Shown piece after piece: positions 1-8,973 of a DNA stretch of 20,000 nucleotides. Positions within the stretch are counted from its first letter, which is position 1. Each line of letters starts with the position of its first letter. The DNA comes from an uncultured virus (IMG/VR IMGVR_UViG_3300030044_000012) (Duplodnaviria > Heunggongvirae > Uroviricota > Caudoviricetes): the IMG/VR virus record IMGVR_UViG_3300030044_000012. One strand, written 5' to 3'. The translations under genes were made by a program, and so were the position numbers. The notes below the pieces were generated by a model. The model worked only from the letters and a program-made list of their open reading frames with translations. It did not search any database and had not been told where the DNA came from.

Positions 1-340
1 CATCTTCAGAATCGAACTGCCCTGTCACCCATAGAAATACCACCAAATCCCGGTAGTCTCTCAGTAGAATTTTAGGGTCTCGAAGAGCTTTCCTGAATTG
101 CTCCGACAATTCATCCTTGGAATATAGAGGGACAAACTGTTCATGTCGTTTGCAGAACTCCGGGTTTCGAGAGCCACAGGTGTCACAACCGAGAACCGTC
201 CGTCCAGCAACATCGGCGAAGCTGCAATTGTTAGGACATGGGCGCAGAAACCGCTTTAGAAAACGGCGGCGATGACGATGCACCAACTCTTTGAAACGAG
301 CAAGTACCTCATCAAGAGATTTCAGCTTTATCGGTTTCAT
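1..340 (-). CDS. Cys-rich hypothetical protein (possible Zn-binding), runs off the window start
   Basis: Manual translation from ATG at 340: MKPIKLKSLDEVLARFKELVHRHRRRFLKRFLRPCPNNC...GCDTCGSRNPEFCKRH...; open to the window edge; overlaps the 3' end of the upstream gene. Confidence 0.75.
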   Translation of the reverse strand, partial: MKPIKLKSLDEVLARFKELVHRHRRRFLKRFLRPCPNNCSFADVAGRTVLGCDTCGSRNPEFCKRHEQFVPLYSKDELSEQFRKALRDPKILLRDYRDLVVFLWVTGQFDSED

Positions 341-995
341 CAGGCTCCCCTACTTCACTAATACTGACCTGTTCACGTAGGGTCGGTGGGCTTGTTGGAA
401 CAACCTCATAAACATGCCTCGCAGCCTCAGTTAACTCAGCCACCTGAGTCACAGCAAGAATGGTGAATCCATGATCTTCAGACAATGTTTTGAGCATTGC
501 TGAGACGTTGGTGACAAAATTGATGTAGTCCACTGAAACGTTGGCGAAAACCTCATCAAGGGCAACCAGCTTTGCCAATTTAAATCGCTTGATGAAAATA
601 ATGCGGAGAAGAAACGCTACAACATTCTGCACGCCGCCGCCGAATGAATCCATGGGGTTACCCACGGTATCTCCATGTTTGATTAACAGCCGGTATGAGT
701 AACCTCTCGCTGTTTCTTTCTTTTCTACGACAAGGGCGAGGGTTTTATCATTAAACACCCGGTGCAACCCGGCAGATACAACCGATTCAATTTTACCTAT
801 GCCGTTAGCTGAGACAATCTCGATGCATTTGTCAATAAGCCCGACCGCTTTAACAAGCTGAGCCGACTCTTCTTTAAGTCGGTCAATCCTGTTCGTGAGA
901 CGAGTGATGGTCGTCCTCTCATTTTCAAGCTGTTGCTCGATACGAGTGCGACCGTTGCGGAAAACCGCAATGCGATTAGAGAGGCTTTGTTCCAT
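312..995 (-). CDS. SbcC/Rad50/gp46-like ABC ATPase, C-terminal half only
   Basis: N-terminal coiled coil, then signature-like DSFGGG, Walker B/D-loop LVALDEVFANVS and H-loop region ILAVTQ; no Walker A. Confidence 0.8.
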   Translation of the reverse strand: MEQSLSNRIAVFRNGRTRIEQQLENERTTITRLTNRIDRLKEESAQLVKAVGLIDKCIEIVSANGIGKIESVVSAGLHRVFNDKTLALVVEKKETARGYSYRLLIKHGDTVGNPMDSFGGGVQNVVAFLLRIIFIKRFKLAKLVALDEVFANVSVDYINFVTNVSAMLKTLSEDHGFTILAVTQVAELTEAARHVYEVVPTSPPTLREQVSISEVGEPDETDKAEIS

Positions 996-1177
996 TAGGT
1001 AACAACCCGATCTTCATTAAAACGCAGAACCTCAAACATGTTCTTATCGGATAACTGACCTTCTAGGGGTCCGCCAAGCCGCAACAACGCTAACCCCAAA
1101 AGGTATTTCAATTCGGTCTCGGAGCTTACAACATCGAGCCCATTTTTAATCTGTGTCACTATCTCAGGAAGTTCCAA
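995..1177 (-). CDS. small hypothetical protein (60 aa)
   Basis: TTG start preceded by GGAGGAG; tightly packed between neighbours (1-bp overlap with the downstream gene). Confidence 0.7.
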   Translation of the reverse strand: MELPEIVTQIKNGLDVVSSETELKYLLGLALLRLGGPLEGQLSDKNMFEVLRFNEDRVVT

Positions 1178-1178
1178 A

Positions 1179-1454
1179 TTACTCCTCCACTAGTTTGTCG
1201 ATGTAGTAAACGATTTCGTAAGTCCCACCGACACCTTGGGATTGGTTGACAGCGAAAATCTGGTGATCCAACGCCGAGAGTTCATTCAGCTTATCGGCCA
1301 CGTAGCGGTTTTGAACGTTGACCTGAGACCAGAAGCGAGTTTTCCGCCGGAAGGTCTTGGTCTTGGCCTTCTCCTCATCCCTTTTGAGTGATGCCTTTAC
1401 GAGTTCTGTTAACTCAGAATCGGAGAGTTGAACCTTCTTGTTTACTTTGACCAT
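1179..1454 (-). CDS. hypothetical protein (91 aa)
   Basis: ATG preceded by AAAGGAG; operon-like packing. Confidence 0.75.
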   Translation of the reverse strand: MVKVNKKVQLSDSELTELVKASLKRDEEKAKTKTFRRKTRFWSQVNVQNRYVADKLNELSALDHQIFAVNQSQGVGGTYEIVYYIDKLVEE

Positions 1455-1549
1455 GATGATGCTCCTTTTACCACCTATCTTATTTACTGCGATTTTCTGA
1501 ACCGGGTAACAATTGATACTTAGAATGATGGTACTTCTGACGAATCTTT

Positions 1550-2560
1550 CTAAATAAGCCCAAAGTTTACTTCAAAAGGCCCACGAACTATACGATAGGT
1601 GGGGTTGCGTAGTGGAACTGAATAGAGAACAGCTTCATCCTCAGTTGTCTGGCTCAAAGCGTCCACAATAAACTTGGCAGTTCTACCAAAAATGGTGGAC
1701 CGAGGCCATGTAGTTGAAGACGCTCCGTGGGGGAAAATTTGGACGTTACTATACTTGTCCCGGCATACTATGCCGTCCTTGGGGTTCAACTCTACCCTAT
1801 CCGTATCCCCGGTCAAGTAAGCCACATTGGATAATGAAGAAAGAAGGCGAGAAGCCCGGAAACGAGTTAACTCTGTACCCGGCTGTTCATAGACCTTGAG
1901 CATCTCAGTTGGGGTTTGATGAGAAGTCATAGCACACACCAATCCCTCTTTTTCCACAACCCAATACCCTTGGTTGCTAACGAGAAACTCAGCAACTCCT
2001 CCGCCAGCGATAAACCTTAGAAAGGACTCACGTGGCTGGAGGACGACTGGCACAGCCTTAAGCCCCTCCGATGTCCAGATGACTGCCCCACTGATTGTGC
2101 TAACCAACAGGCGTCCTTTCTCTAAAAGAGGGGGACTAGAGAGGGTCTTAAACAAGCGAATATCGAAGCCATTGAACAGGGTGCCGGTAAAACGGAAGTT
2201 GCCGGGGTTGCCTAAATAGTGATCCTTGAAGCCAGCGACTTCGTTCCGAACCGTATGTACCTGTAGCCGTACTGGATATTCATCCGTGGATTCAAGCCGT
2301 AATTTATTCGCAGCGTCCAAAGACAGTTGCATGGTATCTGCCGATACATTCAGCAAATCCTTTAAGTTCCCCAATGATGCGAATATATGGGGTTTTGTCA
2401 ACTCAAATTTACTGGTCTGGATGAACCCGAACGGGCTCGACCGATGAAACTGCGGCTCGGCGTTCTCAGGAAGTTGCACCCCGAGGAACGCACAAGCTTG
2501 AGTATCAAATCCAGAAACCACGCGGAGTACCTTAAGCAGGTCTCCCTTATCAATCAACAT
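1550..2560 (-). CDS. putative DNA sliding clamp (beta-clamp-like), 336 aa
   Basis: Start reassigned to ATG 2560, which removes the overlap with the upstream gene. N-terminus MLIDKGDLLKVLRVVS, size and repeating alpha/beta pattern (e.g. FRASRLLSSLSNVA, AKFIVDALSQ) resemble DnaN-type clamps. The fold call is inference. Confidence 0.45.
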   Translation of the reverse strand: MLIDKGDLLKVLRVVSGFDTQACAFLGVQLPENAEPQFHRSSPFGFIQTSKFELTKPHIFASLGNLKDLLNVSADTMQLSLDAANKLRLESTDEYPVRLQVHTVRNEVAGFKDHYLGNPGNFRFTGTLFNGFDIRLFKTLSSPPLLEKGRLLVSTISGAVIWTSEGLKAVPVVLQPRESFLRFIAGGGVAEFLVSNQGYWVVEKEGLVCAMTSHQTPTEMLKVYEQPGTELTRFRASRLLSSLSNVAYLTGDTDRVELNPKDGIVCRDKYSNVQIFPHGASSTTWPRSTIFGRTAKFIVDALSQTTEDEAVLYSVPLRNPTYRIVRGPFEVNFGLI

Positions 2561-2576
2561 ACTTAGTAATACCGGC

Positions 2577-3581
2577 TTAATCGACAACCCAGTTCGTGCC
2601 ATTGCAGAATGCATGAACAGAGGTTCCCGCACTGCCCGTACCCGACAATGTAGCACCATAGGTGGTAGTTGCGGGGTCGCTTACTGTTGCGTGCATCCCA
2701 TTGGTGGTTGAGGAACAAGATGGCAAGGCGGCAAATAGTTGGGGAGAGAGTCGGGTCAAAGCTAGGTCTAACTCCCCATCATTAAGCGGAGAACCAAGAC
2801 TGTAGGTGCTTGACAAGGTATACTTATTCGGTCCTGTGCGATAAAGGAAACCATCAAATGCCGTGTTGGCGGCTGGCATGTTCTGGTAGGAGGATAAGCC
2901 TGAGTTGAAACCAATAGCCCCTCCTGAAGGAACACTGTAACCATAGAATCCAGAGAAACTACCAATCCCAAAATTCTTCACAGTGTCATTGTATCGAAAG
3001 CCTCCGCTATTCTCCATACCACTGTAATAACTAACCGGCCCAGTGATTGTGTGTTGAACCAACCATTCTGTTGCATTGTTACCAAGGTCGGATAACTCGT
3101 AAATACCCACACAAGCATCCTGAGCCACCGATGAGTTGTAGGCACTTCCGCACCACTGAATAACATTCGAGGTTACCGGCGAGGATGGCCCGGAGGCTGT
3201 TCCTGTTTTTAGGACTACCAAACCAGCCGCACCACTTATAGTTAAGCTAGTACGAGCGTCAGTCAACGTCGTAATACCAGAACCCCCTGTTACAATCTGA
3301 GCAATGGGTACCATGGTCGATGTAAACCCAGTAGTATTGACGGTCGGGGCGTACGAAGCTGTAGAATCCAAGAATACGTAGTTTGTGGTGCTGGCTGTAA
3401 GCGACTCAACACCCCCCGGATAGGAGACCAGAGTGCCACCATTATTTGCCCTACCCGGACCGATGACCACCTGTAACCCCACACCCTGAGTAGGTTGGTA
3501 ATAGTTCGCCGCGACATACACCTGTGAAAAAAGGGGCAGCGTAAACAGCAACAATGTAATCAGAGTTAAAAGCTTCTTCAT
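2577..3581 (-). CDS. tail-fibre/adhesin-like protein with N-terminal signal-peptide-like sequence
   Basis: ATG 3581 with GAGAGG RBS; begins MKKLLTLITLLLFTLPLFSQ; S/T/G-rich beta-type composition; C-terminus ALPSC...ATVSD...FCNGTNW resembles a common phage fibre C-terminal module. Confidence 0.6.
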   Translation of the reverse strand: MKKLLTLITLLLFTLPLFSQVYVAANYYQPTQGVGLQVVIGPGRANNGGTLVSYPGGVESLTASTTNYVFLDSTASYAPTVNTTGFTSTMVPIAQIVTGGSGITTLTDARTSLTISGAAGLVVLKTGTASGPSSPVTSNVIQWCGSAYNSSVAQDACVGIYELSDLGNNATEWLVQHTITGPVSYYSGMENSGGFRYNDTVKNFGIGSFSGFYGYSVPSGGAIGFNSGLSSYQNMPAANTAFDGFLYRTGPNKYTLSSTYSLGSPLNDGELDLALTRLSPQLFAALPSCSSTTNGMHATVSDPATTTYGATLSGTGSAGTSVHAFCNGTNWVVD

Positions 3582-3595
3582 GATACCTCTCTTAT

Positions 3596-4354
3596 TTATG
3601 GGAAACAAAGTACAATTCCGCTAATCCCAGCATCCGATGCAACAAGGTAAATGTTCGTAGCATCCACGTAGGTGGACTGGAGCCAGACGTGCCCATCAGA
3701 TGTCATAACCGGGACAATATAACTTGGAGTGAATGAAAGACCATGGGCAAACTGGAAGTTACCAGCGAAAGCCGTATTGGATGAGTTAAAGATAACAATA
3801 GAAGCCGGAACCGTCCTCAGTACGCCACTGCTAATGGCAATAGTGGCATTGTCTGGCCTGACGATGCCAAGAGTTCCATTGGTAGCGGTTGACGCCGATA
3901 TAACCCCCGAACCATTAACCACAATGGTTGCGTCATCAGGGACAACACTTCCGGCCACAGAGCTAGTAGCTAAGCTGGACACCCAATCACCAGCAGCATC
4001 CACATAATAGAACAAGGCGTCAGCCACCGAATATACAATCCACCCCGACTTGGGGGTGTAGAACTCCCATCCCGGCGTAAGATTGTTAGTCCCGGTGGCT
4101 GTAATCTGAGAGGAATATACCGCAATGTTGTTGGTCTGTCCAACCCACAACCCAGTGGCCCCCGAGAGAACAATATAGGCATCACCGTTACTAGGTGAAG
4201 ATGGGGGTGTAGACATTCTTGATAACACACTGGCTTGAACGAGGGCGTCTACCCCGCGAAGAAATGGGCGAAATTGATCGTAGTATACCTCACTAATCGC
4301 CGCGTTGTTGAGAAGCCCTAACTTAGAGCCGTATGAAATTGTCGCTTGTGCCAT
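3596..4354 (-). CDS. DUF2793-domain phage tail-associated protein
   Basis: TPPSSPSNGDAYIVLSGATGLWVGQTNNIAVY...GWEFYTPKSGWIVY matches the DUF2793 pattern; AAGGAG RBS. Confidence 0.85.
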   Translation of the reverse strand: MAQATISYGSKLGLLNNAAISEVYYDQFRPFLRGVDALVQASVLSRMSTPPSSPSNGDAYIVLSGATGLWVGQTNNIAVYSSQITATGTNNLTPGWEFYTPKSGWIVYSVADALFYYVDAAGDWVSSLATSSVAGSVVPDDATIVVNGSGVISASTATNGTLGIVRPDNATIAISSGVLRTVPASIVIFNSSNTAFAGNFQFAHGLSFTPSYIVPVMTSDGHVWLQSTYVDATNIYLVASDAGISGIVLCFP

Positions 4355-4369
4355 TACTTACTCCTTTTG

Positions 4370-7300
4370 TTAGGTGGTTCCAAATCCAACCCCGAATAAA
4401 ACTGCAAACCCTGTGCTGATTACTGGAGGAGGAGGCGGTTGCCCTGTGTTAGCTTCCTCAATGTTTGAATAGGGTGATGCGCCATCTGTCGAAACTGCTT
4501 GAACCCTGAAGTAGATATGCTGGCCTATTGGTTCAGGGAGGGTTATTGTTTCAACATAACCACTGTTTATCAACGTACGTGTCCAAGTCATTTCATCGAA
4601 AGAAGACTCTAAGATGTAATACTGAATGAGGTCTGGGCGTTCAGCACTCCAGCTAACTGTAAGATCAACATAGTCACCTCCAATTAAACTCCCAACCCCA
4701 ATGGGATTAAGAATAGGAGCGGCGGGACGACCGGCATAAGTGTCATTTGTCTCAAACAGAATTTCACCTGTAGTAACAAACTGATTACGCAAGTTAGAGG
4801 CGTCGAAGATACCAATAATCTGACCATGGGACAAGTCAATCAGGGTCTCATAAGTCTTACCCCCTGCAACAGCAGTTGCTCCGGTTCCTTCTGACGTTGT
4901 GCCATAGTTAGCATGTTGATAGCTGACAACAAATTGAGTAGGTGTGGCCGACGTAACCGTAGCCTTAGCCCCATTCAAAAATGTAGCCGCAGTCAAACCA
5001 TTGAAGGTAACCACGTGTCCCGCAGTGTAGGTGTTATTCGCCACCACAGTGACAATATTTCCAGTAATGTTGATGCTCTGAATGTTGGCTGAAACAAGGG
5101 CGATGGTACCAATAAGGATTTTGCCTGTGCTCAGGGATTCCACATTTGAGGTGCGAACGAACTGCACATTGTCGATCCCATAGAGTTCTCCCGATTCAAC
5201 CGTCAACTCTAATGTGCCCTCTATCGTCATTCCTATGTTTTGTACCTGAAGAAGCAAGCATCCATCTACTCCGGTTAACACGATAATGCGAATGTTGTTA
5301 AAGCTGTAAGTTGAAAACACCTTATTGAAGGACATGCTGGCTTCTGTGCTCAACACAATAGTGGTGTCTGGGTTATCTGTACTAATTAACGGAGCGGTGG
5401 AGTACCGATATAAGTTACCCGCACTATCAAGCACAAACGTCGTATCATCCTCAGTATGTACCGCGTCGATAATCGCATTCTGATTACCTTCACTATCTAG
5501 CGGCACGAAGAGCTTTCGCAAAAGCGCCATATTCGGCTGTATACCACCAAACACGCACACTGAGGCCGGAGAAATTAACAGGTATCGGTCGGAGCCGTCA
5601 AACGCAGAAGACCGTTTAATACTCTGGAAATTTGTATAAATACCAGAGACATCCAGCGGCACCCACGTATGTGTAGTGTTTCGTTGAGAGATAGTGGCGG
5701 TCGGTCCCCACAAGGAGCGGGACAGTTGAAGGGTGTCTTGAATATCAAAGGGGTAGGCAACTATGTTTATCGTCACTGAAGCAGTGACTGGGGAGTTGAC
5801 TCCATCGTTAACAGTGAGACTCCACACTGAGGACTCCCCTTGAATGAGAGCACCGTTTGTATTCACCCGCAAAACAGAGGAAGTTACTCCACCTGAAACA
5901 ACAAGCGGGTTGCCCGATACCTGCGTCCACAGATATGTGGTTGCGTCATCCGATTCTACGATACCAGTATAAGTCGGGGAGATTATGACAAGAGAATTCC
6001 TATCCGCCGCAATCGGGTTGGTAGGGAAAGTGATGGTAGGAGAAGGGTTGTAAGGCACCGTGACATTGCACCAACCAAATTGAGCATTGGCAACTGCATT
6101 TCCAGTATCTGCTGTTGATGTGTAGTCAGCGTGTGTGAAGTTCGCTGTAAAACTATCCCCACTGGTTCCCGTCACCACAACCATAAGATCATTCAAAAAA
6201 GTAGCTGTACCAATGTTGTATAAGAACACCTCTTCTGTGGACGCTAAGTTGACAGAGGCACTCGTGCCAACAGTGAGAACATTAGACGCAATTCCAATCG
6301 TCGTAATAGTCATCGCTGGGCTAGAAGATGTAGTTGCTACAAGTCCCACAATAAAGCTTTGAGCATCCCCTCCGATAGTACGGTTCACCAAAAGGTTAGC
6401 CGTCGTATTCAGTGGAGCCACCGGAGTTAAAGTGACATGGGAGTTTGCAGGAGTAAATGTCCAATCAAAAGTAACTGGGTCAAGGTTTGCGTCGTTCGTA
6501 CCGCTGGCGTTAAATAAAAAGGGAGTTCCACGAATTACAGTTGTAGAACTTGGGAGATGCGTATCCGGTACGAGATTGACCACAGGTGGGGTGTCGAACC
6601 CAGAAATATACCTAGCTCCGAATACTGCATCACCCTCTCCCTGTGCAAGTATTTGTTCTCCAACAACACCCCACTTGGTCAGGTCATCTAAAATATCCTT
6701 AGTGCCGCGAAGCCATGTGAAATTCAGATTGTTGTAGAACCCCGGCGCGTCTACCAGATTAAACGTACTAACTCCATCCACTGTGTCGATATGCAATGTG
6801 GCTGTATGCAACGGCCATGCTGTTGGTGCCTGAGTGAATCGACTGTCGGCAGTTGGAACTGGTGTTGAGGTCCAGTTGGTTGTATCTAGGTTTGGTGAAA
6901 CGGTAGTAGAAGAGATGGCGTTCTTCGCTGTGTAGTAAGCGTAGCTCACTGGAAAGGTGGGAACAGCCACCTGAACCACAGCCCCTGTCGTGTAAGATGT
7001 GTAGGGTTTCCACGCACCCGCATATAAGTAGGTTACTGCTGTGTTAACAATGTAGCTTGTTCCATTGTAGGACACTCGATCATTCACATAGTACGTTTCC
7101 ACCTGAGGTGACCAAACCCCACGTACACTGTACACTGGTTCCGCCAAATAGGAAACACTCGTTCCCTGCGTATTTGCGATTGAGAGCGTCCCCTGAATGT
7201 AAGATGATGTAGTTGACCCCGGAATTACTTGGAAGCTCCAAGCAGACCCGGTGTAATACCCAAGCAATAGGTTACCCACCAAGGCGTTTTGATAGACCAA

Positions 7301-8347
7301 CTGATTATAGAACTGTTGCAGCAGAGTTCGAGTTGATCCTTGAGCAACTACAGTTAAACGAGAGTCGGCATAACGGCTGGTAAAAGTAGTCAACACGGTT
7401 GAGGATGACCAAACATCCGCTGTGCGTGTTACTGCCTTGACGCTAAACGTCTGGTCCTGAAAAGTTATCTGCTTAGGATGACTCTCGTAATAGACCTCGA
7501 TAGTGGAACCATCAGGAGAATAGCACGACACCGCACCAAAGGTATTCCCGGAGCGAAATGGTGAAGAGTCAAGGGAGGTTGCTCCAACCAAAGATACTGG
7601 GTCTGCATTTCCAACCACTTCAAACCCAACAAGAGAATGTCCCGGAAGCCAACTCGCAAAACCATTCTCATAACCCACTTGAGTGTAATTGCTGTGGGTG
7701 TAGGTGGCGGTAAAAGACACCCCCGGTGTGGTGCTGGCTACCGTAACTGTAACCCCATTCATGAACACCGCGTTCTGCAACCCAGAGAGCGTGATTTGTT
7801 GCCCTACCGAGAACTCCACATTACCTTCGACAGTGAGTACATTGCTGGCGATATTGATGTTAGTAACTTCAGCAACTGCCGGAGTTGTCCAGATTTGTTG
7901 AGGATTGGTGAAGGCTATCGCAATGAATTGAGATGCCGACAACGAGCAAATGTCATAAGAATCCCGAACATACGATGCTGTTACAAGCGTAGTCGGGCCG
8001 ACCAGAGTAAGATTGTCAATGTTGAAGTAAAAAAGGATAACGTCGGTGCAATTCCCGTTATCTTGTGTCCCCACAATATAGATTGTGTTGTTTCCATCAA
8101 AGGCCACAACAGGGTCAAATGATGAGTTTGGATGAGGGAAAGTATACGTCGCAGCGGCAGCGAACACTGCACCCGGTCCGGGTTGCGGAGGCGCAGGTTC
8201 AGACACAAACACCGCAAAGGTGTTATCCGCCCGAACCTGCGAGACGATATAAATGGTCGAGTCTATCTCAGTGAACTGGGCGTTGCCAGTAACTAACTCA
8301 CTCGACCATGATTGATTGTCTACCGGGGTAATCATGCGTGCCACCAC
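4370..8347 (-). CDS. large multidomain virion structural/adhesion protein (~1320 aa)
   Basis: Three copies of a ~65-aa beta repeat, chitin-binding-like W..TY..ND.V.Y.G modules, PKD/Ig-like segments (FNASGTND...FDWT; YLWTQVSG), C-terminal FN3-like domain (LTVSWS...YFRVQAVSTDGASPYSN) and GFxxxFGxGFG tail directly before the DUF2793 gene; start may be ATG 8335. Confidence 0.75.
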   Translation of the reverse strand: MVARMITPVDNQSWSSELVTGNAQFTEIDSTIYIVSQVRADNTFAVFVSEPAPPQPGPGAVFAAAATYTFPHPNSSFDPVVAFDGNNTIYIVGTQDNGNCTDVILFYFNIDNLTLVGPTTLVTASYVRDSYDICSLSASQFIAIAFTNPQQIWTTPAVAEVTNINIASNVLTVEGNVEFSVGQQITLSGLQNAVFMNGVTVTVASTTPGVSFTATYTHSNYTQVGYENGFASWLPGHSLVGFEVVGNADPVSLVGATSLDSSPFRSGNTFGAVSCYSPDGSTIEVYYESHPKQITFQDQTFSVKAVTRTADVWSSSTVLTTFTSRYADSRLTVVAQGSTRTLLQQFYNQLVYQNALVGNLLLGYYTGSAWSFQVIPGSTTSSYIQGTLSIANTQGTSVSYLAEPVYSVRGVWSPQVETYYVNDRVSYNGTSYIVNTAVTYLYAGAWKPYTSYTTGAVVQVAVPTFPVSYAYYTAKNAISSTTVSPNLDTTNWTSTPVPTADSRFTQAPTAWPLHTATLHIDTVDGVSTFNLVDAPGFYNNLNFTWLRGTKDILDDLTKWGVVGEQILAQGEGDAVFGARYISGFDTPPVVNLVPDTHLPSSTTVIRGTPFLFNASGTNDANLDPVTFDWTFTPANSHVTLTPVAPLNTTANLLVNRTIGGDAQSFIVGLVATTSSSPAMTITTIGIASNVLTVGTSASVNLASTEEVFLYNIGTATFLNDLMVVVTGTSGDSFTANFTHADYTSTADTGNAVANAQFGWCNVTVPYNPSPTITFPTNPIAADRNSLVIISPTYTGIVESDDATTYLWTQVSGNPLVVSGGVTSSVLRVNTNGALIQGESSVWSLTVNDGVNSPVTASVTINIVAYPFDIQDTLQLSRSLWGPTATISQRNTTHTWVPLDVSGIYTNFQSIKRSSAFDGSDRYLLISPASVCVFGGIQPNMALLRKLFVPLDSEGNQNAIIDAVHTEDDTTFVLDSAGNLYRYSTAPLISTDNPDTTIVLSTEASMSFNKVFSTYSFNNIRIIVLTGVDGCLLLQVQNIGMTIEGTLELTVESGELYGIDNVQFVRTSNVESLSTGKILIGTIALVSANIQSINITGNIVTVVANNTYTAGHVVTFNGLTAATFLNGAKATVTSATPTQFVVSYQHANYGTTSEGTGATAVAGGKTYETLIDLSHGQIIGIFDASNLRNQFVTTGEILFETNDTYAGRPAAPILNPIGVGSLIGGDYVDLTVSWSAERPDLIQYYILESSFDEMTWTRTLINSGYVETITLPEPIGQHIYFRVQAVSTDGASPYSNIEEANTGQPPPPPVISTGFAVLFGVGFGTT

Positions 8348-8419
8348 CTATGGCATTGTCTTTGAGGATACCCATACATGCTGGTGCCGTGATCCAGCTT
8401 TGGGGGTAGTTTTAAGAAT

Positions 8420-8971
8420 TTAGCTGCGAATCGCATGTTGCCACCTATGAATGGCTTCGATAGCCGACAAGAATTCTTCACGAGTTTTATCAGATTTCAA
8501 CTCGTTGCAGGTCTTGCAGCAGGGAACCACGTTCTCTTCGGTGTACCCTTTGGTGCTGTCAATGCGGTCGAGACCGTTCCAGCGGAAAACTTGACGCTCC
8601 TTATCGGCTACACCCTGCCACAACTTCTGTGATGGTGGCTGACCGCAGTAGTCGCAGGGCGACGTAATCAAACCAATGAAGGTATTCTCGGGTATGCCAA
8701 ACTCCCTATCGTTGTGCTTAGCGTTACGTTGGTACACGCTCAAAACCTGACTCCATGGTTGTGTCTTAACCACCATGGAGCAGGGGCGACAACTTTTAAT
8801 CCCCCTAGTTTTTCGCTTTAGATTGGCACTAGAAGCCACCGTTGTTACACCACACTCACACCTACAAGACCAATAAGTGTGCTCATCGGTGATGTTCGGT
8901 GAATTGACCCGAGATACCACCTTTAATTTCCCAAATTGCTGACCAGTTAGCTGCGAAGCCTTTCTACTCAT
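8420..8971 (-). CDS. HNH homing endonuclease
   Basis: N-terminal LTGQQFGKLKV...WSCRCECG module, CDYCG, and GLDRIDSTKGYTEENVVPCCKTCNELK His-Me finger. Confidence 0.9.
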   Translation of the reverse strand: MSRKASQLTGQQFGKLKVVSRVNSPNITDEHTYWSCRCECGVTTVASSANLKRKTRGIKSCRPCSMVVKTQPWSQVLSVYQRNAKHNDREFGIPENTFIGLITSPCDYCGQPPSQKLWQGVADKERQVFRWNGLDRIDSTKGYTEENVVPCCKTCNELKSDKTREEFLSAIEAIHRWQHAIRS

Positions 8972-8973
8972 TG

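Noticed and set aside
2561..2659. Longer start for the clamp-like ORF (2659), and start 3608 for the fibre-like ORF
   Set aside because: Both overlap the upstream gene; ATG 2560 and ATG 3581 have better initiation context
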